From positions 50,966,001 through 51,030,000 of the forward strand of contig CM059432.1 of NCBI GenBank assembly GCA_030390025.1: a DNA stretch of 64,000 bases. Direction: 5' to 3'. Source of the DNA: Squalus acanthias (taxonomy: Eukaryota). A program made the translations under genes and the position numbers. Under the pieces are notes generated by a model, which saw only the letters and a list, made by a program, of their open reading frames with translations, did not search any database and was not told the origin of the DNA. Position 1 is the stretch's first letter; each line of letters begins with the position of its first letter. Shown in pieces: positions 1-13,393 of this stretch.

Positions 1-12
1 TTCACCCTAGGC

Positions 13-430
13 TTTCTTGGGATGTGGGTGGCATTGGCAATGCTGCATTTATTGGCCATCCCTCAGCTACCCTGAGAAGGTAATGGTGAGCTTTCTTCTT
101 GAACCACTGCAATCATTGTGCTGATGGTGCTCTCACAATGATGTTAGGTAGGCATATTGACCCAATGAAGTTGAAGGACCCAATGAAGTTGAAGGAACAG
201 CATAAAAAGATACTGTGCAATTTAGAGTGGTGCTTGGAGGTACCAGTGTTCCTATGATCTTGCTGTCCTTGCCCTTCTTGGTGGTAGCTGTTGAGGGACA
301 GGGAGGTGCTGTTGAAGTAAGCTTGTACAGTTACTGCAGTGCATCCTGGTAATAGCACATACTGCAGCGCCAGTGATGGGGAGGGTGGATATTAAATCCA
401 GTGGCAGAGGCACCAAGCAAGCAGCCCTTA
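13..430 (-). mobile_element. Decayed 3' fragment of LINE-B (family of 53325-59089)
   Basis: Diverged match to the tail GGGATGTGGG...CATTTATTG.CCATCCC...GAGAAGGT..TGGTGAGC seen at 3230, 33905, 53341 and 63696. Confidence 0.7.
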
Positions 431-599
431 TGTTTCAGTGCAAGGCCCTGACCTGGTGGGCCTTTGCAGTACATGCAACCCGGCTATGTTAATGGGCTGG
501 CCCATCAAAATTGGGCACAGTTTGATCCTGGATAGGCCACAGCATACTTCAGGGGTCCAGCACTGTGGCAGAGGAGGGCCAGGAAAACTGGGTCCCATA

Positions 600-1075
600 T
601 TTGCAAGGGGCAATATCTTGTGGAAAATAGACATCATCTGGGCAGGGCACAGAACTTTATTGGGTGGCAGAATTCCAAGAGTACACAGCATCATAGATGG
701 CATCACGTGGCCATCAGGGCTTCAATGGTCTACATGAACAGAAATTACTTCCATTCCACTAGTTTTCAGGTGGTGTCAGACCACAGAAACATTAGGGGTG
801 ATTTTAAGCAAACCCACCCAGCAGGAAACGGACAGGATTGGGTCGGCCGCCTGTGTTACACCCTGCCTGATTTTACTTTCCATTTGAAGTCAATTCAATC
901 AGTTTCCCACTGGGCGGGTTAGGTTAACATTAACCCCGATATCATGCAAGCCAATGCTCGATAACCTGGAAGCATCCATGATGCATTCATTTTGCGCCAA
1001 TCCACTGTGCCTGGATTTTTGAAGGTACAGAAAGACAGGATGGATGGCTGCTGGCTACTTAAGGAAGACCTTCTT
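600..1075 (+). pseudogene. PIF/Harbinger DDE transposase core fragment, split by a MITE
   Basis: Manual translation across frameshifts: PRVHSIIDG..HVAIRA...MNRNYFHS..QVVSDHR, then NAR*PGSIHDAFILRQSTVP...GCWLL; matches the transposase at 24652-25068. Confidence 0.75.
795..937. mobile_element. Short MITE (Harbinger-type), same family as 30977-31107
   Basis: Imperfect TIRs GGGGTGATTTTAA / TTAACATTAACCCC; interrupts the transposase frame; shares interior ATTTTACTTTCCATT...AATCAGTTTCC...GGGCGGG with 30977-31107. Confidence 0.65.
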
Positions 1076-1240
1076 GGTCTGTAGATCCTGGTGAGTGGAT
1101 ATGAGCGAATAGGGAAGAGATTCATTTGTGAAGCCTGACTTTAAGGGCCTCCAACCTAGTTTCTTCCATGTCTTCATCCTTCCTCTTCATCATATAAGAA
1201 TAGAGGTATTCATATTGAGAATCCATATTTACAGTGCAAA
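1060..1240 (-). pseudogene. Harbinger transposase N-terminal fragment (opposite strand to adjacent core)
   Basis: Purine-rich acidic stretch followed by RSYPLTRIYRPRRS, similar to [15 protein letters not shown] near 18707. Confidence 0.5.
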
Positions 1241-1444
1241 GCAGTACTTTGACCAAAACTGAGAGAAACTAGTCGCAAAAGTAATGAAGAGATCGAAATG
1301 CAGGCAACGTAACTTTACCCTTGCGTAGCAGCAACCAAAATGGTCTCCTCAATGTGGCGAACACCTCAGGGATACCTTACTGGTGCTCCGACTGTCACTT
1401 ATATAGTGCTGGTCATTTTTTGAGGAGGAAGTTGGGGGAAACAG

Positions 1445-2409
1445 AGAGTCATAGAGTCATAACGGCACAGAAGGAGGCCATTTGGCCCATTTAGTCCATG
1501 CCGGCTCTCTGTAGAGCAATCCAGTCAGTCCCATTCCCCCACTCTATCCCCATAGCCCTGCAAGTTTATTTCCCTCAAGTGCCTATCCAGTCTCCCCTTG
1601 AAAACATTGAGTGTCTCCGCTTCCACCACTTCCGTCGGCAGCGAATTCCAAGTCCTCACCACTCGCTGCGTAAAAAAGTTTTTCCTCACGTCCCCCCTGT
1701 ATCTCTTGCCCAAAACCTTAAATCTGTGTCCCCCAGTCCTTGTACCATCAATTAGTGGGAACAGCCTTTCCCTGGCTAGCCTATCCAAACCCGTCATAAT
1801 CTTGTACACCTCTATCAAATCACCCCTCAACCTCCTTTGCTCTAATGAAAACAAATCCAGCTTCTCCAACCTGTCCTTGTAGCTAAGATCCCCCATCCCC
1901 GGAACCATTCTGGTAAATCTCCTCTGCACCCTCTCAAGGGCCTTCACATCCTTCCTAAAGTGTGGTGACCAGAACTGGATGCAATACTCCAGCGCTTTAT
2001 AAAGATTCAGCATAACTTCTCTACTTTTGTACTTAATACCTCTATTTATGAAGCCCAAGATCCCATATGCTTTGTTAACCACTCTCTCAATATGTCCTGC
2101 CACTTTCAGGGTCCTATGCACATTAACTCCCAGGTCCCTCTGCCCCTACACACTCTTTAGAACTGTGCCATTAAGTGTATATTGCCTCTCCCTGTTCCTT
2201 CTGCCAAAATGCATCACCTCACACTTCTCTGGATTAAATTCGACCTGCCACTTGTCTGCCCATTCTGCTAGCCTTTCTATGTCCTGTTGCAGTTGATTGG
2301 TATCATCCTCACTGTTTGCAACACCTCCAAGTTTGGTGTCATCGGCAAATTTAGAAATTCTACTCTGTATTCCAATATCCAGGTCATTTATATATATCAA
2401 AAAAAGCAA
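1445..2409 (-). mobile_element. CR1 LINE, 5'-truncated
   Basis: RT C-terminal ORFs 2146-2439 (YINDL...[10 protein letters not shown]) and 1525-2121 (LEQRRLRGDLIEVYKI...WNSLP); short tandem tail AGAGTCAT x2 at 1445-1460. Confidence 0.95.
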
Positions 2410-3221
2410 AAGAGATTTACCATTATGGGTTGACTCCATTTACATGAAGTGGATCAGGCTGCCAGCAGGCCTTAAATGAGACTGATGCTTTTTTTGGGAG
2501 GATAATGCAGGTGTAGATTTTTTGCGATGGATTTAAGGCAGTAACCTCTAAGAACCCATTTTATTCCATTTACCACCCTGAACCTGCCCCAAAATGGACA
2601 GTAATTTGGAAGAAATCAGAGGCCATTGTTTCCTGGGGGATGGCATAAGGTGAAAACAGAGGGAAATAGTAGGATCCAGCTCGCTCATATAGCGGGACAG
2701 GCTGAGTGGGGCAAAATCAATGTTGGGTTCAGTGGAGCAAAATCCTGATACGGTTTTTGTGACAGGGTTTTGGCAGAATGCCTCCTCGCGTAATTTTCCT
2801 TTTATCAGCGCAAAACTACCCAAAAGTGTAAGTGCTGTAATATAAATAAGGCTGTAAACACACCTTCCAAGGCAGGGAACACCACCTCACGAAAGTTCTT
2901 TAATTCATTGCCTCTAGGACCAATTTGACAGAGCTATCATTTTGTTCTGGCCATAGACCAGATACAGAAACATACAGAATTATACGGCTAGATGTAACGA
3001 TTGTATGTGTTCTGCAGGGATTTCGAACAAATTAATTTCCAGCCCCTGACCAAAACTGGATCATTTCAGGTGCCATATTTTACAAATTTGGGTCTGCTAT
3101 AGGTACCTTCTTAAGTTCAGTGTTGCAGTTGCTCTCATAAGTGGTCTAAACATCGTACTTTAATGGGAGTTGACTGAATGCCCTATATCTACTTATGTGA
3201 TACTGTAACCTTTTAAAAAAT

Positions 3222-3535
3222 TTGTTTATGGGATGTGGGCGTCGCTGGCAAGGCCAGCATTTATTGCCCATCCCTAATTGCCCTTGAGAAGGTGGTGGTG
3301 AGCCACCTTCTTGAACCGCTGCAGTCCGTGTGGTGAAGGTACTCCCACAGTGCTGTTAGGGAGGGAGTTCCAGGATTTTGACCCAGCGACGATGAAGGAT
3401 CAGCGATAAACTTCCAAGTCAGGATGGTGTGTGACTCGGAGGATAACTTGGAGGTGGTGGTGTTCCCATGCACCTGCTGCCCTTGTCCTTCTAGGTGGAA
3501 GAGGTCATGGGTTTTGGAGGTGCTGCCGAAGAACC
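3222..3535 (-). mobile_element. LINE-B 3' fragment
   Basis: Close match to 53335-53645. Confidence 0.9.
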
Positions 3536-4908
3536 TGGGTGAAGGGGGAGCGTAACAATAATGCTCCCTTATGAACTGAATTCTGGGCAGTGAGGATCTC
3601 TGAAATTTAAAGGGTCATGCACATTGAAGCAAGGCAAAATAAAATGCACTGATTCAATACCTTTTTCAGCCCTTTCTATCTTTTAAATATTGATTATTTG
3701 TTAAAAGAAGTTCCAAATGTCAATATTCAGCACTTAAAGCTGAATTACCTTCCTTAACTCAACAAATAGGAAAACTGCCTCAGCACTACAGCAAATGGCT
3801 CAGCAAGCCAGGGAAGGGGCACCCAGGGTCTCACACGCAGCACTCCAGCTTTGTCAACACTGCAAGACTGACTTGTGTCAGCTTCACCTCTGACCTCTGA
3901 GCGGTTCGAATCGCTCCCACTCCCTTGGTTCTAGACCTTGGACTTATTTGGGGGTTGTGACAAAAGGTGCAGCAGACAACTGAGTTTGATGAAAGAACTT
4001 CAATCTTTATTAAAAAGGTAAAACACAAATAATAGCACTCTTAATACTCTAAAGGTGGGGAACACTTCGGTACAAGCGAGGGAAATGACAGTAGAACAAT
4101 ACTTCACCCCTCCCAACCCCACTTTACTAGCTAAGTTAGGTTTTGAAGGACCAGGGATAATGCTCACCAATCCTTTGACAGTTGAGCTAAATCGCGGTTT
4201 TGGGGTTTGCTGTTTATGGTGGTCAGTGTCTGCCGTACCCCATACGCGGTAGAGGACTTCACCTGCATATCTGGTCAGTCTTCGCGAGTCCGCTGATGCG
4301 GTAGGGTGTCGTTTTGGATCTATCTGGTGAGTGCCCAATTTCTTTGGTTTAACAGTAGGGTTTAGAGTCTTTGGGGAAAATATTACCCAGGGGTAAGTCA
4401 GGAGTAGATTGTAGAGTGGCAACTTTGCGGTTCTTCAGGTTTTCTTCCCTTGAGTTGGTCTTTGTTGGTCGCGGTGGCCTGCTATTACCCGGTCAGTTGG
4501 GGGTAATATGCGGTTGTTGGTTACTTGAGGCCTTTGGTTTCCGCGATGGTTTTAGGCCTTGTCTAGTGTGTCGGTCAACCTCGTGGAGCTGTCGGTGACT
4601 TGTTGCTGCTTGTTGCTCCAGGTGACTGTGTTGGGACCGTTGTTGGAGGTCCGTCGAGGTGGTATCTTCGCAAGCTGGACTCAGGTGTGTCTGAGTGGTG
4701 AGCGATGCCGACTCGCTTCCAGCTCGGCTTGTCTTCTTCCTTGCTTCTTCTTCTTCTGATGACCACTGACTTTGAACTGCTTAACGGGCCTTCAATTATA
4801 CGGAATTGAAGTGGCCTTATCTACCCGCCAAATCTACTCAGTTCATTGTCTGGTTTTGGCGGGCTCGTAAATCGGTAACGACTTACTAGCGTGTTAACTG
4901 TTTTTTTA

Positions 4909-6743
4909 ACATAAGAACATAAGAACATAAGAAATAGGAGCAGGAGTAGGCCAATCAGCCCTTCGAGCCTGCTCTGCCATTCAATAAGATCATGGCTGAT
5001 CTGATCCTCACCTCAAATCTAAAGAACACAAGAAGTAGGAGCAGGACCTGGCCACTCAGCCCCTGGGCCCGCTACGCCACCCACAGGGCCTCGACCGATC
5101 CGATCTCAGCCTCATGTCCAATTTCCTGCCCGCTCCCCATAACCCCTAATTCCCTTTACTTCTAGGAAACTGTCTATTTTTGTTTTAAATTTATTTAATG
5201 ATGTAGCTTCCACAGCTTCCTGGGGCAGCAAATTCCACAGACCTACTACCCTCTGAGTGAAGAAGTTTCTCCTCATCTCAGTTTTGAAAGAGCAGCCCCT
5301 TATTCTAAGATTATGCCCCCTAGTTCTAGTTTCACCCATCCTTGGGAACATCCTTACCGCATCCACCCGATCAAGCCCCTTCACAATCTTATATGTTTCA
5401 ATAAGATCGCCTCTCACTCTTCTGAACTCCAATGAGTAGAGTCCCAATCTACTCAACCTCTCCTCATATGTCCACCCCCTCATCCCCGGGATTAACCGAG
5501 TGAACCTTTTTTGTACTGACTCGAGAGCAAGTATGTCTTTTCTTAAGTATGGACACCAAAACTGTATGCAGTATTCCAGGTGCGGTCTCACCAATACCTT
5601 ATATAACTGCAGCAATACCTCCCTGTTTTTATAATCTATCCCCCTAGCAATAAAAGCCAACATTCCGTTGGCCTTCTTGATCACCTGCTGCACCTGCATA
5701 CTAACTTTTTGATTTTCTTGCACTAGGACCCCCAGATCCCTTTGTACTGCAGTACTTTCCAGTTTCTTGCCATTAAGATAATAACTTGCTCTCTGATTTT
5801 TCCTGCCAAAGTGCATAACCTCACATTTTCCAATATTGTATTGCATCTGCCAAATCTCCGCCCACTCACCCAGCCTGTCTATATCCCCTTGTAGGTTTTT
5901 TATGTCCTCCTCACTTTCTACTTTCCCTCCCATCTTTGTATCATCTGCAAACTTTGATATGTTACACTCGGTCCCCTCCTCCAAATCGTTAATATAGATT
6001 GTAAAGAGTTGGGGACCCTGCACCGACCCCTGCGGAACACCACTGGCTACTGCTTGCCAGTCCGAGAATGAACCATTTATCCCAACTCTCTGCTTCCTGT
6101 TAGATAACCAATCCTCCACCCATGCCAGAATATTCCCCCCAATCCAGTGATTTTTTATCTTGAGCAATAATCTTTTATGTGGCACCTTGTCGAATGCCTT
6201 CTGGAAGTCTAAATACACTACATCCATTGGTTCCCCTTTATCCACCCTGTACGTTATGTCCTCAAAGAACTCAAGCAAATTTGTCAGACATGACTTCCCC
6301 TTCATAAAGCCATGCTGACTTTGTCCTATTAAATTATGTTTATCTAAATGTTCCGTTACTGTCTCCTTAATAATAGACTCCAAAATTTTACCCACCACAG
6401 ATGTTAGGCTAACTGGTCTATAATTTCCAGCCTTCTGCCTACTACCCTTTTTAAATAAGGGTGTTACATTAGCAGTTTTCCAATCTGCCGGGACCTTTGC
6501 TGAGTCCAGGGAATTTTGGAAAATTATTACCAAAGCATCCACAATCCCTACTGCCACTTCCCTCAAGACCCTAGGATGTAAGCCATCAGGTCCAGGGGAT
6601 TTATTCGCCTTGAGTCCCATTATTTTACTGAGTACCAATTCCTTAGTGATTTTAATCGTATTTAGCTCCTCCCCCCCTAGAGCCCCCTGTTTGTCCAGTG
6701 TTGGGATATTCTTAGTGTCCTCTACCGTAAAGACTGAAACAAA
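4909..6743 (-). mobile_element. Young CR1 LINE, 5'-truncated
   Basis: (TTCTTATG)n tail at 4909-4935; uninterrupted RT frame. Confidence 0.97.
5112..6743 (-). pseudogene. CR1 ORF2 reverse transcriptase, stop-free but 5'-truncated (no endonuclease)
   Basis: About 543 codons with KSPGPDG, NYRPVSLTS, QHGF, YLDFQKAFDKV, GVPQGS, FADDTK; the ORF-track start lies in flanking DNA. Confidence 0.95.
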
Positions 6744-8419
6744 CAGGCCTTCAATCTCACCCATTGAACATGGCCTTATCTACCCGCCAAATCTGCTCAG
6801 TTCATTGTCTGATTTTGGCGGGCCTGTTACCAGTAACTGCTCTGTAAGTGTCAAATGGCTTTTGGGATGGCTTGCATCCTGTCGATCTCCTTGGTTGAGC
6901 ACTGTTGATTGATTTCGTGTTTGGGTTTCTAGGCTGGACTCAGTCTTTCTATAGAATGGACCTGAGTGGGTTTTATTTTGCATGTTTCTGATGGGCCCTG
7001 TAATCGGTTTTGATGGGGCCTGTATTTTGGGTGGGACTGTCTTCTCCCAGGATCTATTGTTCAAATTATAATGTCTGCTGGGGCTTGACATAAGAAGCCC
7101 CAGCAGACATTAACATTTGAACAATAGACCCAGGGAGAAGACAGTGGGGTCATCCCGGTTCCCCAGACAGTGCAATTAACTGCAATAACCAAACTGCTTT
7201 TACAGAGGTCGAACCCACCTCCTTGTCCCTTTACAGGCCCAGACATAGTTTTAAAATGCCAAAACTTGGTTTTTGGTCTTAAATTCCTTAGGTTAGGCCC
7301 AAATGCATTTTTATCACTCTGAGGTAGTTCCAAAGTCCTTTTTCCTTAGGTTTTGGGGATCTGTAAATTTTGGAAACCTTACACCCTCGCTGTTTTCACT
7401 TAAAATATCTGTCTGTCTGCAAAGCAGCCTGTACCAAAAAACCTCTCTCCCAGCCTGTATCCCAGCATTAATCTTATCTGTTCACAGCCAAAATCAAAAT
7501 CAAGGACTTTCCAATACAATGGGCATAAGGTGATTTTTGATTGCTGAGACAGTCAAATAAATTACTTATTTTTAGAAAATGAGGGACCATCATCAAAGTT
7601 AGCATCTTACCCACACATCGTCCCAGCTTTTTATTTAACTTGTCTGAATACAGTATGCTTTAAAAAAACACATTAAAAATATCTTTTACCAAACCTTTCT
7701 GCGGAAAAAGATTCAAAAATCCCAGAATACGACAACTTAGGTTGGATTCTCCTCCACAATCTTGCCCAAAATAGGGCAGGATGGTGGCAGAAAATGCTGG
7801 AAAATTTAGACAGTGAAGCCTACCACCATTGCATTACCCGAGCTGCATTTACCTCACTGGAACCACTGCTGGGTGCTCTTTCCCTGTCCAACATATGCAA
7901 ATAGTGGCGAGGAAGTGGAGCCCCGGTACCTGTTCACTCAGGTTACCTCTGCTTATTGGGGTCGCCAGGGAGAAGGTGGTTGTAAGCCCCAAGAAGCGGC
8001 AGTAACAGCCCTGAGCTGTCCCCATGGAGGGACAGGGCTTTGCAGCAGCCTTTTCTCTCTCCATTCCACCCCCAGAACTTACCCACAAATAGCCCTGGTC
8101 TCAGCTGAGGCCTTCAGTGGGACATGTATGTCAATCTTTCGATCATCATCGTTAATGAAACATCCAGCTTTTCTGGTGCTACAGCAATAGACCTGCTATA
8201 GCAGCAGCAGAATTTCCCCCTTCTGCAGGGTGGGATCCTTCCCTGAGGAAACTGGGTCAGGGTTTTGGAGGTTTTGGAGGGGTGGGCAGAAGTCTTGCAC
8301 TTCTGGAACACAGCCATTGGGAGAATAATCCTGGAGGAAATAGATCCCTCTTTGCTTGTGTGACACCATTGTGTATAACACACCATTAACTTCTCTGCCA
8401 TAAGCATTGTGGGTGAGTA

Positions 8420-8620
8420 TCTGCTATCTGGGATTTAAACCACCGCAACAAATAATAAAAATATTGAAAAACTTCCAGGAGTCTGGCACCTTGTATGTAT
8501 CCATTCTGGTAGCATCTTAGTATAAGTGGAATGACAATCAATATCTGGCAGTATAGTGATGAATGTGCAGGCATTTTCACTAATGTGGGGACAGCCATTT
8601 TCTTTGGCTGCGTTGCTGAC
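8420..8620 (-). mobile_element. Possible very old LINE RT remnant
   Basis: Frameshifted ...MPAHSSLYCQILIVIPL...YKVPDSWK resembles the pre-RT G.VP..WK segment. Confidence 0.3.
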
Positions 8621-9949
8621 TCTGATTTGGTGCTAGAAGCACTTATATCGAAGATCCCTAGCAGTACTCAAGTTAAGCATGCAATCATATTCGCTAGCTT
8701 TGGGCATTGGAGAGAGATGTTCAGGTTGCATGGTGGTCTGGGATGATTTTCACAACAGTTATGGGATGGTCTATTATCCTTTGCCAGTATCTGAACTTAA
8801 AGCCTCCAAAATGCAAAAATAGCACTCCTATTTTCTTACACAAGGTATAACGAACTGTAATTGAAAACCCACTTTTAATTACTAATTGTTGTCCATGTTA
8901 TATTGTTTGAACAGAGGCTCATTGTATCTATGGGAAGTGGCAGTCCTGTTGAAGCTGCTGGCTGTGTCCAGAGCACTGGAGTATTTACAAATGTGAATTT
9001 ATGTTTGTTAAATTAATAATATGAATCTGCTTTTCCATGTAATTGCCAGGCACCAAATGTAGCCAACAGCTCTCTGGCAATTATTAGTGGTTGGATTGAT
9101 ATTAATTCAGCCAGCAACATGCTGGCCTTGAAACAGACGTATAAACATGTTATCTCTTTAGGGACTGCTTGAGTCATATTGAATAGATTAGTATTTCTGA
9201 GGATCATACAAATCAGAAGACATTAGTCCATAATTTCTGAGGAAACAGTTTTGTTGAGTAAGATTAATGTATTAATTTCGTGACAATGGGTAAACGCGAC
9301 TGTGCTATATTGCTTTGTACAAAAATAGCTTATGTTGCATCATATCCGATAATCCTTCTGGATAATTGTTTTAACAGTGACAGACAACAAACAAAACTCT
9401 AATTTGTTGGGAAGATTGTTCCACATTGACCACAACAATTTCATTTGATAGGTGTGCCAGATGTTTTATTTAATTATCTTTAGAAACCATTTCTATTTAA
9501 AAGAAATCACTAGATGTCAGCTTTTGCAAATGTGCTGATGTACAGGAGTGTTTAATCTCTCTCATTTACCCTCCATACTGAAACAGACATCGCTGCATCA
9601 GTAGGATTCAGGAAAGAATAAAGTTGCACTTTGTTTTTTGTACATTGGATGCAGGCCAATTAAGGTTGATTGGACATTAACCTGCAGCAACATTCCGCTG
9701 CCTCAATGACAATTACAGAGAGTTTGTATTGTTTGGATTATTCGTAGAATCCTTTGAAATAACTTTTAAATGGATCTACGTTACTCTCTTGTCCTGTTTG
9801 ATTGTATTTGGTATTAGAAATTCTGAGAAAGTCATCAGTTTAAATCATATTTTACTGAGGCGGAATTATGTTTGTTACATTTATGCTGAAGGTCTGTTTT
9901 TCGAAAATGTAGATTGAATACATTCTGGCTAGCTATTGTCTCTATATCA

Positions 9950-10630
9950 CAACAACTTGCATTTATAAAGTGCCTTTAATGGAGCAAAACACTCCAAAAT
10001 ATTTCACACAGGCAAAAGCAGTGGTAGGAGAGAAGTTAAGGGAGGTGACCAAATGCAGGGTCAAAGAATTTGAGGAAATGTTTGATGGAGGGGAGAAGTA
10101 ACAAAGCAGATGAGTTTTGGGAGAACATTCTAGAATTTGAGGCCAAGACAGTTGAAGACTCTGTCACTGAAGGTGGACCAGAGAATGCAAGGAATGTAAA
10201 AGGAAGCCAGAGTTGGAAGAGTGGAGGTCATGCACTGAAACTTAGGGCTTGACAAGGTTGCACAATAGCGAGGAGCATGGTGGTGGAATCACATGTAAAT
10301 AGGAACAAAGATTTTTAATTCAATGCACTAGGGAACAGGGAACCAATGAAGGTTGGCAAGGACAGGAGTAACAGAAGAGCGGGACTTAGCATGAAATAAA
10401 TTGAGGCAGTGGCGTTTTGGATGAATTATAGTTTAATTAATGCAGAACTCAGGAAGCTGATGAGGATAGTGTTGGTGAAGTCGAGTCTGAAAATGACAAA
10501 AACAAGGATGAAGGTTTCAGTAGCAGTGGGGATGAGATAAGAGAAGTGAGCAAGGTTGCAGAGTTGGAATTAGTCTTGGTGATGGATAGGATATGGGGTT
10601 TGAAGCTCAGCTCAGGGTCAAACAGGATGC
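9950..10630 (-). mobile_element. L2 LINE 3' fragment, diverged
   Basis: L2-like tail ACAACTTGCATTTATA.AG.GCCTTTAA; minus-strand LFDPELSF motif near 10600-10625. Confidence 0.75.
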
Positions 10631-11223
10631 TAATAGTTATTTGCTAACAAGAATTTTACTGCAACCTCAGATATCACCCGGTTTGAACCCATTCCAAATC
10701 ACTTAGTATTTACTGTCCAGACAATGATTTTGTAACATCCGTAAAAAGAACATTGTTAATATCTGTGAACCACTTGCAAAATCAATGCCTTTCATTCATT
10801 GACTGGTGCATCTTGGTGCGGAACATTAACCACAATGTTTGGTACTAAAGGTGCTGATCTCCATGAGATCTGATTTTTACTCATTCTCTGATGGAGAAAA
10901 GTCACATTTTAGCACTAAAATTTCAGAGATCGCTAACTGTTTTGAGTTAACCCTTAAACTGCTGGAAGATACAGAGAAATGACATTTCCCTGGCTGAATG
11001 AATTATAGATTTTCAGATCTGAAATAACATCAATATTGCAGTAATAACACCCCTCAAATTTTAAGAGTAGATTTAATGCTGTAATATTTTCCTTAATCTA
11101 CTGTAACAATTTAGATTTTTGTCTGTGTTGCCTGCATTGAATTTCTAAACTTATAATATTCCTGTATGGTTAAATTTAGCATTTTTCAATAAGCCAGTAG
11201 TCTAAAACCAGAATGGTTATGAT

Positions 11224-11375
11224 CAATGTTCCCGCTAAGCTGTGTGGCCGCACAGTGGTCTGGAGGTCCCGCGCAGGCCGCTCACCAGCTTTTACATGGA
11301 AGAAACCATGCATGCGCAAAAATTTGAATGGGCAGCGCAGCCAGTTAAAGGGGGAAAAAATTAGAGGGAACGATG
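11224..11375. mobile_element. hAT-type MITE
   Basis: TIRs CAATGTTCCCGCTAA / TTAGAGGGAACGATG; 8-bp TSD GTTATGAT / GTTATCAT (7 of 8). Confidence 0.8.
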
Positions 11376-11759
11376 GTTATCATAGTTTTTTGCAGTGATA
11401 GTGTGCAAAATAAAGGTGCGTTCTTTATGTATAATCGCAAGCATTTGAGGGCTTTGTGAGTGGACCAGTCTTTGTGTAGCCTCATGCAGCCAGGGGTCAT
11501 TTCATGCCATTTGCACAGCCAAGGACTTAGCTGAGGTAGACATTTAGGAGACTAGTGCTCACACAACCAGTTTCATTGACAGCTTGGTGGGCTGACCCTC
11601 CAATTTCACAGACTGAAGACAGGGGTCGGAGCAGTCCGCCTGTCTGTCTGAGAAACAGAGGACAAGCTAGCCCTAGCAGGCATCAGCATAAGTTACAATT
11701 TAAAAGTCGGTACTGTCTAACTTGGAATAATTTAGCTAGTAAAGTAAACCTATATTTAT

Positions 11760-12300
11760 GGAGTTAGTTGCTTGGAATTTCCACGGGGGTTCTCAAGGCG
11801 GCTCTCTCCTACTGTTGCTGGTTCTTCATAGGGAAGGGGATGAAGTTGCTTGTTGTAGCAATATATTATTTGCTTAATATATGTGGACTGTAGACTTACT
11901 GATGTTACTGCTGCCTCCGTGGCAGCTGGGAAAAAGCCAGACTTGGAAAGGTTCAGGGTTGAGGGGACCTTGATAGCCTTGATGGGACAATGCTGTGCCT
12001 GCCCTGGAGTTTGGGTGGCAGTCATCTTGCAGCATGCATCTTGTGGCATGCACCACAACTGTGTTGCTGCCTCCCTGGTGAATCTAAGTTTTTGCATGCT
12101 TTGTTAATTGGACACATCGAGATAAGTCGCCATTACAAATAGATGCAGTTGACAGGGCAATGGCGGGTAGGGCTTTTCTCCTGCCACGTAACCAAACTTT
12201 CCTTGCATCCTTGTCCTCGCCTTCCTCCAAGTAACACATTTACAGTGGGATTCCCATAGGATAACTATCGTGTGAAGGGATATGGAGGAAGTAGCAATGA
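11760..12300 (-). pseudogene. Harbinger transposase N-terminal half, decayed
   Basis: KPYPP...YLDVS and KLRFTREAATQL...AIKVPSTLNL..SGFFPAAT, homologous to 24332-24556. Confidence 0.75.
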
Positions 12301-13393
12301 ACAACCCAATGAAGCCCTAAAGAACCCATTGACCTTTACAGTTGTGCAGAAAAGAAAAAAGAAAAAAAGAAAATTCTCCAGCTATTGAAAAACTCTATTT
12401 AAATTACAGGTCTAAGTTGCTGGCTGCCTCTTTAACCATCCTTTTACATAAAGGTGCAATCTAGCAACTGTGAATACCCAATTGACATGAGCAGGATTAG
12501 GAAGGCCCCTGCTGAGAGCCAAGTTGAAAATCACCTGAAGGCAGTAATAGAAGAATGATTACTGCAAAATGTCCAGCAATCAGCCAGTGGGGAATAGGCA
12601 CAGTTGAGTTGCTGTTGTAAAAATAAAGGGGCTGAAAATGCAGCCTGAGCATGCACTGCAGGGGCACTACATGCACCTGCACACAAATGAGCTCACCTCA
12701 CTGGATAAAGTGGTCAGTTCATTTGCATAATTTACTGGCACTCCAGATGCATCTCTCGTGAGCACCAAGGCTGTATTGTTGGGTACTAGCAGCCAGTGAA
12801 GGACTGTTGGCTGCCTGCTGTGCATCAGGCACTATCATGGGAGAAGGGACACTGGGCAGGAGGGCTAAGGGGACAGAGGGGCAGGGAGATCAGGAGGCAA
12901 AGGGCAGGAGTGCTTGAATTTCCCCCCCAATTTTTATTACTGTTTCCCCTTCAATGTCCATTCCAATCATATACAGTGCAGCCAGCCACCTTATTTAAAA
13001 CATTTCAGGGACTTAAAGAGGCCTAGTGCACAACTTCTCTGCAAGCTCCCAACCCCTGCACTCACCACACATATTGATGTGCGCTGAGGGCCAGAGGCAC
13101 ATTGTAAGCCTTAAAATCTGAATGGACACTGAAGGGAGACCTCATATAAAACCTTTATTTTTTTTGTACCTGGCTGGCACCCTCACTGCTATAAAGCCAC
13201 CCTCCCTTCATGACCAGAAATTTTGTTGGCATTGGCAGTCAATTCTTCAAGGAGGTCTTTCCATCTCAAAGGTTACTTGTGGTGAGAGAAATGGCAGCAC
13301 TATACAGCCAGCCAGCCAGCAGCCCTTTCATAACTGCTGGTGGAAAATGATTCCAGCCTCAAACTTCACCCTGCTCCGAGTGTCATACACTAA

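Larger units (their letters stand above)
3891..7383 (-). mobile_element. Putative long solo LTR (about 1.65 kb net) interrupted by a CR1; left boundary uncertain
   Basis: Minus strand starts TGTAAGG at 7383; TATA-like TATAAT near 4800; AATAAA at 4006-4011; tandem ~85-bp repeat (4787-4865 and 6746-6825); only an imperfect TSD (ACCTC/CCCTC). Confidence 0.45.

Noticed and set aside
3897..3918. GGTTCGAATC B-box or T-arm suggesting a tRNA gene
   Set aside because: No A box, cloverleaf or canonical T-stem register was found.
8915..8992. Possible host exon (CAG...GT; one frame reads GSLYLWEV...)
   Set aside because: Weak donor, no recognisable protein and no partner exons. It would need RNA-seq or homology support.
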